Shown: one piece after another, positions 51,246 through 58,415 of the stretch | Position numbering within the stretch: the first letter of the stretch is position 1 | Layout: each line of letters starts with the position of its first letter | Assembly (NCBI GenBank): GCA_903837335.1 | Contig: CAILUH010000163.1 | Span: forward strand, 1 to 58,415 | Direction: 5' to 3' | Source of the DNA: an uncultured beta proteobacterium | Lineage (GTDB): Bacteria; Pseudomonadota; Gammaproteobacteria; Burkholderiales; Burkholderiaceae | DNA: 58,415 nt | Translations under genes and position numbers: made by a program | The notes under the pieces: model-generated | The model's input: the letters and a program-made list of their open reading frames with translations, nothing else | What the model was told of the DNA's origin: nothing | Database searches by the model: none

Positions 51246-51332
51246 ATGAGTGTTGTGCAAATTTTGTTTATTGTCTGGCTGGTAGTTTCTGTAATTACAA
51301 TCATGCGGATGGTGAAGCCAAATCGAAAATAA
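51246..51332 (+). CDS. Putative 28-aa single-pass membrane microprotein
   Basis: GAGGAG RBS 7 nt upstream; MSVVQILFIVWLVVSVITIMRMVKPNRK is a hydrophobic helix with a basic tail. Confidence 0.5.
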   Translation: MSVVQILFIVWLVVSVITIMRMVKPNRK

Positions 51333-51399
51333 TTCGAGCTCTGCATTTAATTGATCAAGCGATCGTTGAACGCCTCGTTTTTTTGATGACCTATTCCCA

Positions 51400-51795
51400 A
51401 TGAGACGATTTCGTTTCTTAGCTGCAGTCTGCACAGCAATTGCGTTGCTTTTTGGCAGTATCTCGCCAGCTATTGCCGCCATGCAAACAGGCAGTGCATC
51501 AGCCACTAGCATGACAATGGAAATTTGTCAGGGCACAGGGGAAAAAGTAGCAGCCTTAACGATTGATCTTCGCTCTACCTCAGAATCTGCGCCTAGCAAT
51601 CCTCTCGGCATGAATCACGATTGCCCACTTTGTATCATGACCCATGCTCCAGTGGCGATTAATATCAGTATGGCAACGTCGGTTGTACCAGTTGGCGCAC
51701 TGACACAAGCATTTCCTGCGCTCTTTTACGTTTCACCCAAACCACTTTTTGTTTGGACTTCTCAGCCCGCTCGGGCACCGCCTCCCCAGATCTAA
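51400..51795 (+). CDS. DUF2946 protein (CruR-like copper-responsive leader protein)
   Basis: N-terminal signal/TM, EIC, HDCPLC and C-terminal ARAPP; upstream of a TonB receptor. Confidence 0.85.
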   Translation: MRRFRFLAAVCTAIALLFGSISPAIAAMQTGSASATSMTMEICQGTGEKVAALTIDLRSTSESAPSNPLGMNHDCPLCIMTHAPVAINISMATSVVPVGALTQAFPALFYVSPKPLFVWTSQPARAPPPQI

Positions 51796-51898
51796 AACTT
51801 GACCTCTTGGCCTAAGGCCTTGGGGCACTCCTTGCTTTGATTGCGCTTGATAGCGCCTTCATGGCAAGAACACAAAATCAAGTATCTGGGAGTTTGCA

Positions 51899-54145
51899 AT
51901 CCATTACCGTCAGTTTCAGGCAGCGCGATACTGCAACAAGCGTACCTTACATACCGTAGCTTTACACAGCGCATCTTTACTTTGGGCTGCCGGATATCTT
52001 TGTCCATCGCAAGCGCAAATTGCACCACCACCCGATTACGATCAAAAATTAAGTGGCGTGACAGTTAACGCTACCCGCTCTGATACGCCGCTTGATCAAA
52101 TTCCTTTAAACACAACGATTTTGACTAAAGAGGTTTTGGAGTTAGCGCCTGATCAAACCATCGATCAGATCTTGAAAAATCAGCCCGGTGTCTTTTTAAA
52201 TGATCAACCCTATTACGAGAAAGATCCGACCGGCCAAAGTTTGAATGTGCGTGGTCTAGGCAATGCCCGAACTTTGGTGTTGGCAGATGGGTCACCCCTA
52301 AATGATGCTTTCTACGGCACGATTATGTGGAATTTAGTGCCACTTTCTTCGATTGATACGGTTGAGTTTATACGTGGGGGTATTTCCAGCTTATGGGGTA
52401 ACTGGGGTATGGGTGGGGTAATTAATATGAATACCCGCACACCTAAAAATAGTCAGCAAGAGGTATCGGCTAATTACGGTACTTTTAATACTGTCAACTT
52501 AGCGGTATCGAAAGATATTATGGCTAGCGATAATATGCAGTTACGTTTATCGGCCGATTATCTCAATACTGGTGGCTATACCAATATCGCGACGATCTCG
52601 CCAGCTGCAGCCAATAGTATTAAGCCTGGCATGGGAGCGGCAGCAGCACAAAATTCCAACGTCCGCTTACAAAGCTACTTCAAGGTTGGTAGTGATACTA
52701 AGGGGTTTGTGCGTTTAGGTTATGGCACGATGGCGGACTACTCAAATGCCATGAGTATTGCTACAAATTTAAAACAAACGACGGATATTGCTGCTGGTAC
52801 GACCACTAAATTAAGTGAGAGCGATAAGGTACTCGTCAATTTGTTTTATCAAAATACCGCTTTTAATAAGCAAAATGGTTCTAATGCCGCAGTAAGTTCG
52901 GTTTTTAATGCACAGAAGTTGGCGACCAACACCCCTTACATTAGTTCAAATTACTATGACCCGTATTCCACAACTGGCGCCGGAGTGCAATACATTAAGG
53001 ATATGAAGGGCTTGGTAGATCAAGTTTTAGTAGGGGTAGATGGACGGAATATTTCTGGTTCTAACTTAACTAATAATTTAACCACTACTGGTGCTGTAAG
53101 CTCGGTAAATTATGCCCAGGGGCAACAGAATTTTTATGGCGTAATGGGACAAGCGAAATCAACTACTAGCTTCATTCCGCTACAAACTACCTTAGCTATA
53201 CGGATCGATAACTGGAGTAGTTCAACCCCGACCTATTACAACACTGGGCCCGATGGTAAGAATGCGAGTTTTCAAAATATCACGAATCAAAATAAAACCA
53301 TTTTGAGTCCGAATTTAGGTTTTTTGTATGAGTTATCCAAAGAGTGGAATTTACGCAGCTCAATTTATCAGGCCTATCATGCACCGGGCTTAAATAACAC
53401 CTTAAGATCTTACGCATCATCGAGTGGCGGTAATAATTTTGCTAATCCGAATTTAACTGTTGAAATTATGAAAGGCTTTGAAGCTGGCACAGATTACCGC
53501 TGGAAAGAAGGTTTTTTGCAGTTAACCGCTTTTACTAATCAAATAACTAATGCCATTACGACCTACAACTTAAAAGCCAATAATGCGACAGACGTAGCTT
53601 TAGCGCAGCAATTGTGTGGCGCCGCAAAGGGTAGTAATCCGCTGAAAGCAGCTGCGGGAAATTGTGTTTCAACCAGCATTAATTACTATACGAACAATCA
53701 AAACCTGCAAAGCCAGGGTCTAGAAATGCAGTTTCATCACAATGTTTCTCCGCAATGGGCAGTAGACGCTGGATATTCACTGACGAATACTATTTTGACG
53801 GCCAGTTCTACGAGCGATCCGACGGGCAGTCAAGTGGCGGGGGTGCCCCAGAATATTGGTAATCTTGGAGTTACTTGGTTTCCAGTGCCTAAAGCGAGCA
53901 TTACGACCACCATGCGCTATGTGGGAAACTCGTGGATGGATACCGCCCATACTTTACCTGTACCAGCTTATGCGATCTTGGGTTTGCGGGCTAATTACGA
54001 GATCAATCAAGCCATTACCTTATATGCCACTGCAGTCAATATGTTAAATCGACAGTACATAACCTTTGGCTCAGGTAGTAATAATAGTAGTTATGTGCTG
54101 GGTATGCCGCAAGCATTCACAGTTGGTGGCAAGTTTACTTTTTAG
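51899..54145 (+). CDS. TonB-dependent receptor (probable copper/metallophore uptake)
   Basis: Plug (NVRGLGNARTLVLADG, VEFIRGG) and C-terminal F. The frame is open upstream of the track's GTG 52058 and encodes the signal peptide; start uncertain (ATC 51899). Confidence 0.85.
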   Translation: MHYRQFQAARYCNKRTLHTVALHSASLLWAAGYLCPSQAQIAPPPDYDQKLSGVTVNATRSDTPLDQIPLNTTILTKEVLELAPDQTIDQILKNQPGVFLNDQPYYEKDPTGQSLNVRGLGNARTLVLADGSPLNDAFYGTIMWNLVPLSSIDTVEFIRGGISSLWGNWGMGGVINMNTRTPKNSQQEVSANYGTFNTVNLAVSKDIMASDNMQLRLSADYLNTGGYTNIATISPAAANSIKPGMGAAAAQNSNVRLQSYFKVGSDTKGFVRLGYGTMADYSNAMSIATNLKQTTDIAAGTTTKLSESDKVLVNLFYQNTAFNKQNGSNAAVSSVFNAQKLATNTPYISSNYYDPYSTTGAGVQYIKDMKGLVDQVLVGVDGRNISGSNLTNNLTTTGAVSSVNYAQGQQNFYGVMGQAKSTTSFIPLQTTLAIRIDNWSSSTPTYYNTGPDGKNASFQNITNQNKTILSPNLGFLYELSKEWNLRSSIYQAYHAPGLNNTLRSYASSSGGNNFANPNLTVEIMKGFEAGTDYRWKEGFLQLTAFTNQITNAITTYNLKANNATDVALAQQLCGAAKGSNPLKAAAGNCVSTSINYYTNNQNLQSQGLEMQFHHNVSPQWAVDAGYSLTNTILTASSTSDPTGSQVAGVPQNIGNLGVTWFPVPKASITTTMRYVGNSWMDTAHTLPVPAYAILGLRANYEINQAITLYATAVNMLNRQYITFGSGSNNSSYVLGMPQAFTVGGKFTF

Positions 54146-54198
54146 TTGATACAGGATGATGAAAGAGATTAGTGATTGTGAAAGAAACTAGTTTGAAA

Positions 54199-55494
54199 AT
54201 GATCCATGAAGCTTGGAGCAGGCTCTTGATTTGGGCGCTCTGCTTGCTTTGCGCTGGGGCTTTTGCGCAAATGCCTGCACATGATCATAGTCAAATGATG
54301 GATCAATCATCACATCAGCTGATGCACCCGCAAATGGAAGCCTGCAAGGGGACTAATCTAGAGTGTGCCAATGCAGCTACACCATTTTTAACGCGCGATG
54401 GACAACTCTTTTTAATTTGGACTGCAGGCGGTGCTGTTTCTATATCCCGCTCTACTGATTTAGGTAAGACATTTGGTGCGCCAGTAGAAATAGCTAACCA
54501 TCAAAAGAAGCTTGACGTAGGCAGCGATGCAAGGCCGCAAATAACGGTTGATACAAAAGGGAATATCTTTATTGCCTATGCTTTTTTTAAAGACAGCAAT
54601 TGGAATGCGCAAATCAATAGCGCGCGTTCAGTTGACGGTGGTAAAACGTTTACAGCAGCTCAACCGTTGATTCAGGGCGGCGCTAGTGAGCGCTTTCCAG
54701 TATTGGATACGGATGCCAAGGGCACGATTCATCTGGCGTGGATTGATAAGCGCGTGGTTCAGACTGCCAATAAGCAGGGTAATAAAAAATTGGGGGGATC
54801 GATTGCTTATGCTAGCTCAAGCGATGGCGGGGTGCGCTTTCAATCTGAAACTATCGTGAATCAAGAAAGCTGTGAATGTTGTCGCATAGGCATGGCCTTA
54901 AATCCGCAGCAATTTCCTGTATTGGCTTACCGGGGAATATTTCCAGGTGGGGTGCGTGATCAGGCGTCCCAAGTGCTCTCTTTCAAGCAGAACACCTCAG
55001 AGGCTTTACCGATAAAAGCAAATGAAGGCATAGGCCCAATTCAGCGAGTGGCGATCGATCATTGGAAAACGGATGTTTGCCCACATCATGGGCCAGCAAT
55101 AGCGATTACTGATACGGGAACAACCCATGTTGCTTGGTTCACTCAGGGCAGTGCGCGACAAGGTGTTTTTTATGCTAATTCGAATAATGAAGGCAAGACC
55201 TATTCACCCCCGCGTCAGTTAGGTAACGCGAATAGGAATGTAGCCCGTCCGTATTTATTAACTTCTGGCAAGGAAGTATGGCTCGTGTGGAAAGAATTTG
55301 ATGGCGAAAAGGCAATTATTTTTTTACAGCACTCTAATGACGATGGCAAGACTTGGTCGGTTGCTAAACCGATTAGTGATGCGGTGGGCTATACCGATCA
55401 TCCGTTGCTCATTCATCAAGGTAAGCAGGTATTTTTATCTTGGCTGACGCGTGCTAAAGGTTATCAACTATTATCGATTGGACAGGCAGAATGA
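54199..55494 (+). CDS. Periplasmic BNR/Asp-box (sialidase-like propeller) protein with metal-binding motifs
   Basis: Repeated SxDxGxTF/W Asp boxes, His/Met-rich N-terminus, CECCR and CPHHGP. Start could be GTG 54172. Confidence 0.8.
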   Translation: MIHEAWSRLLIWALCLLCAGAFAQMPAHDHSQMMDQSSHQLMHPQMEACKGTNLECANAATPFLTRDGQLFLIWTAGGAVSISRSTDLGKTFGAPVEIANHQKKLDVGSDARPQITVDTKGNIFIAYAFFKDSNWNAQINSARSVDGGKTFTAAQPLIQGGASERFPVLDTDAKGTIHLAWIDKRVVQTANKQGNKKLGGSIAYASSSDGGVRFQSETIVNQESCECCRIGMALNPQQFPVLAYRGIFPGGVRDQASQVLSFKQNTSEALPIKANEGIGPIQRVAIDHWKTDVCPHHGPAIAITDTGTTHVAWFTQGSARQGVFYANSNNEGKTYSPPRQLGNANRNVARPYLLTSGKEVWLVWKEFDGEKAIIFLQHSNDDGKTWSVAKPISDAVGYTDHPLLIHQGKQVFLSWLTRAKGYQLLSIGQAE

Positions 55495-55964
55495 AGCGCT
55501 ATTTAACAATGCTTGCGGCCACATTTTTTATGCTGCAAGCTGTACAAGCAAGTGAGCCAGTAAAAGCCTATCAAAATGGCACCTGGGCACAGCTCACTAA
55601 AGCAAATGTAGGTGGGCCACTGGCAGTGCACTTTTGGGGGGTGACTTGTGCACCTTGTATGGCAGAAATGCCGCAATGGGGTCAATTTCTCAGTCAAAAT
55701 AAACAGGCCAAAGTGATATTTGTACAGGTTGACGATGTGCCGCCAGAGATGGTACAAAAAATGTTACAGCGGGCAAAATTACAGAATGCAAATAATTTTT
55801 CTGTTTTTCAACCCTTTGATGACGCGATGCGTTATGAGGTTGATCCTAAATGGCATGGTGAAACGCCAATTACGATTTTGATTGATAAAAATGGGCAGTG
55901 GCAGCGCAAAACCGGTCCAGTTCAATTCGCTGCATTAAAGACTTGGTTTTTAAAACAGCAATGA
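55491..55964 (+). CDS. TlpA-like periplasmic thioredoxin
   Basis: Signal peptide, HFWGVTCAPC..EMP. Confidence 0.85.
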   Translation: MKRYLTMLAATFFMLQAVQASEPVKAYQNGTWAQLTKANVGGPLAVHFWGVTCAPCMAEMPQWGQFLSQNKQAKVIFVQVDDVPPEMVQKMLQRAKLQNANNFSVFQPFDDAMRYEVDPKWHGETPITILIDKNGQWQRKTGPVQFAALKTWFLKQQ

Positions 55965-56003
55965 TCAACTTAGCTATTTATTTTTAACGAGTGGGAGAAG
56001 CAA

Positions 56004-56480
56004 ATGAATTCAGGAAAACAAAAACGCCACATGCTACAGGTAGTAATGCTTGTCAGTGGCATCGCATTAGCCTTTAGTGCCGGGGCCCAAGATGGGCAAG
56101 TCGGAAAAATTAAAATTGAGGGTGCATATACGCGCACCACTGTGCCGGGACAAAAAGTGGCGGGCGGTTTTATGAAAATAATTGATCAAGGAGCAGCCGA
56201 TCAATTAATCGGCGCTAGCTCGTCGGTGGCCGATGAGGTACAACTGCACACGATGTCGATGGAAGGTAATACGATGCAAATGCGTCAAGTAAGGGCCATT
56301 GATGTGCCTGCTGCCGGTACAGTCGAATTAAAGCCAGGTGGCTTGCACTTAATGCTGATTGGCATTAAGACTCCCTTAAAAGCAGGTGACTTGATTGCCG
56401 TGAAATTAAAATTTGCTAAAGCAGGTGAGGTAGAGGTGAAGCTACCCGTGCAACCGATGGGTCACACGGGCGCGCATTAA
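56004..56480 (+). CDS. Copper chaperone PCu(A)C
   Basis: H-x10-M-x21-H-x-M motif (LHTMSMEGNTMQM...PGGLHLML). Confidence 0.92.
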   Translation: MNSGKQKRHMLQVVMLVSGIALAFSAGAQDGQVGKIKIEGAYTRTTVPGQKVAGGFMKIIDQGAADQLIGASSSVADEVQLHTMSMEGNTMQMRQVRAIDVPAAGTVELKPGGLHLMLIGIKTPLKAGDLIAVKLKFAKAGEVEVKLPVQPMGHTGAH

Positions 56481-56499
56481 GTATTGGCTTAGGCATTTT

Positions 56500-58230
56500 C
56501 TAGCCTAAGTTCAAGTCAGTCACTGCACCTTTGCTGGCGCTGCTAGCAAGGTAAGCATACTTGGCTAAAAGGCCGCGAGTGTAGCGGGGCTTAGGTTGCT
56601 TCCAAGCAGCGCGACGTTTGGCAATTTCAGCTTCGCTCACATTCAGTTGAATGAGCAATTTGTTTGCGTCGATCGTTACTGAATCACCTTCTTCGATTAA
56701 GGCAATCGTGCCGCCAACAAATGCTTCCGGTGCAACGTGTCCAACGACCATTCCCCAGGTGCCTCCGGAGAAGCGACCATCGGTAATTAAGCCTACGGAT
56801 TCACCGAGGCCTTGGCCAACTAGGGCTGAGGTGGGTGCCAACATTTCGCGCATACCTGGCCCTCCTTTAGGACCTTCGTACCGTATAATCATGACATCCC
56901 CCGGTAGAATTTTTTGCGCCATGATCGCGGCCATAGCATCGTCTTCAGAATCAAAAACGCGGGCTGGACCCGTAATCGATGGGTTTTTCAAACCCGTAAT
57001 TTTTGCCACACAGCCTTCAGGCGAAAGGTTGCCTTTTAAAATCGCTAAATGTCCGTGAGGATATAAAGGGTTATCGAGGGTGCGGATCACGTTTTGATCA
57101 GCGCGCGGCACTGAAGGGACATCTTTTAAAACTTCAGCAATGGTTTTGCCGGTAATGGTGATGCAATCACCATGGAGTAAGCCCCCATCGAGCAAAATTT
57201 TCATCACTTGGGGAATGCCACCAGCTTGATGTAAGTCGGTCGCTAAATAATTCCCTGAAGGCTTCATGTCGACGATGACGGGAACGCGTTTTCGAATGCG
57301 CTCGAAATCATCAATTGTCCAATCAATTTCTGCGGCACTGGTAATGGCCAAGAAATGCAACACTGCATTGGTTGAACCACCAACTGCCATGATCACACTG
57401 ACGGCATTTTCAATCGATTTTTTTGTGATGATGTCACGGGGGCGTAAATTATTTTTAATTGCCTCAACTAAAACAATAGCTGACTCATGGGCGCTGGCGA
57501 CTTTTTCAGCATCTTCATTGGCCATGGTTGATGAGTAGGGCAAGCTCATACCTAGCGCTTCAAAAGAGGAGCTCATGGTGTTAGCGGTATACATACCGCC
57601 GCAAGAGCCGCTGCCAGGACAAGCGTGTTGTTCGACACCTTTGAGGTCAATTTCACTTAAGCGTCCAGAGGTAAATTCGCCCACTGCTTCAAATGCAGAA
57701 ACAATATTGAGCTCTTTGCCTTTGTAATGCCCCGGTTTAATCGTGCCGCCGTAGACGTAAATACCGGGGACATTTGTACGCGCTAAGGCCATCATGCCAC
57801 CTGGCATATTTTTATCACATCCACCGATGACAACGACCCCGTCTTGCCATAAGCCGTTGACACAGGTTTCAATACTGTCAGCAATAACTTCGCGTGAGAC
57901 GAGAGAATATTTCATTCCTTCAGTGCCCATGCCAATACCATCAGATACAGTAGGGGTACCAAATACTTGGGCTTTAGCTCCAGCTTCCTCAAGCGCTGTA
58001 ATCGCGGCATCGGCCAATTTCTGCAGGCCACTATTGCATGGGGTAATCGTCGAATGGCCATTGGCTACGCCGACCATGGGTTTGACAAAGTCTTGCTCTT
58101 GATAGCCCATGGCGTAGTACATCGACCGGTTGGGCGCACGGGCTACGCCCTCCGTAACCATTCTTGAACGCGAATTGAGGGAGCGGTCGGCGCTATTACC
58201 CCTAGGGCTGACAGGACTTTTATTTGTCAT
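56500..58230 (-). CDS. ilvD: Dihydroxy-acid dehydratase
   Basis: [47 protein letters not shown]; ATG 58230 after GGAG. Confidence 0.96.
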   Translation of the reverse strand: MTNKSPVSPRGNSADRSLNSRSRMVTEGVARAPNRSMYYAMGYQEQDFVKPMVGVANGHSTITPCNSGLQKLADAAITALEEAGAKAQVFGTPTVSDGIGMGTEGMKYSLVSREVIADSIETCVNGLWQDGVVVIGGCDKNMPGGMMALARTNVPGIYVYGGTIKPGHYKGKELNIVSAFEAVGEFTSGRLSEIDLKGVEQHACPGSGSCGGMYTANTMSSSFEALGMSLPYSSTMANEDAEKVASAHESAIVLVEAIKNNLRPRDIITKKSIENAVSVIMAVGGSTNAVLHFLAITSAAEIDWTIDDFERIRKRVPVIVDMKPSGNYLATDLHQAGGIPQVMKILLDGGLLHGDCITITGKTIAEVLKDVPSVPRADQNVIRTLDNPLYPHGHLAILKGNLSPEGCVAKITGLKNPSITGPARVFDSEDDAMAAIMAQKILPGDVMIIRYEGPKGGPGMREMLAPTSALVGQGLGESVGLITDGRFSGGTWGMVVGHVAPEAFVGGTIALIEEGDSVTIDANKLLIQLNVSEAEIAKRRAAWKQPKPRYTRGLLAKYAYLASSASKGAVTDLNLG

Positions 58231-58364
58231 ATAACTTCTCCAAAATATGCACTTTATAGGCATGCAAAAGACGACTAAAATAAGACTTTACAAGATTTAT
58301 GCTGGGCTTACCCCTAGGGCTAGTATCTTTTAGATAAAATTATTGATTTAATCGTCAGCAAATC

Positions 58365-58415
58365 ATGAGCAAGAAAAAGATACCAACGATTCGTTCTTTG
58401 GCATTTGTTGAGGCA
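58365..58415 (+). CDS. Start of a divergent gene cut by the window edge (possibly a LysR-type regulator)
   Basis: MSKKKIPTIRSLAFVEA loosely resembles LysR N-termini; only 17 codons visible. Confidence 0.3.
   Translation, partial: MSKKKIPTIRSLAFVEA

Noticed and set aside
56651-58167. Several + strand ORFs opposite ilvD, and similar short ORFs inside cob, frc, metG, argH and tctA
   Set aside because: Antisense or alternate-frame shadows of well-supported genes, with no recognisable motifs.

Overview
Chromosomal window from a low-GC betaproteobacterium; gene content and order look like Polynucleobacter/Burkholderiaceae (inferred, not searched). In order it holds: (1) a cobalamin-riboswitch-controlled corrinoid uptake/salvage operon (btuB-cobB-cobU-btuFCD-cobO-cbiB-cobC-cobQ-cobT); (2) an oxalate module (Crp/Fnr regulator, oxc, two frc paralogues, a stand-alone PAS protein and a formyltransferase resembling the ALDH1L1 N-terminal domain); (3) housekeeping genes, five of which appear leaderless; (4) a tandem pair of tiny secreted-protein genes sharing an ECF-like promoter, a structured RNA leader whose substitutions all preserve pairing, and the same terminator; (5) tRNA-Thr(CGT) and a TctCBA transporter; (6) a stand-alone pucBAC peripheral light-harvesting operon behind tandem PpsR boxes, with a B800-820 (LH3-like) signature and an unannotated 28-aa membrane sORF; (7) a DUF2946/TonB-receptor/BNR/TlpA/PCuAC copper cluster; and (8) ilvD. 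The most promising novelties are the blue-shifted antenna operon, the putative formyl-CoA:THF formyltransferase route from oxalate into one-carbon metabolism, and the duplicated structured RNA leader. No CRISPR array, IS element or prophage was seen.
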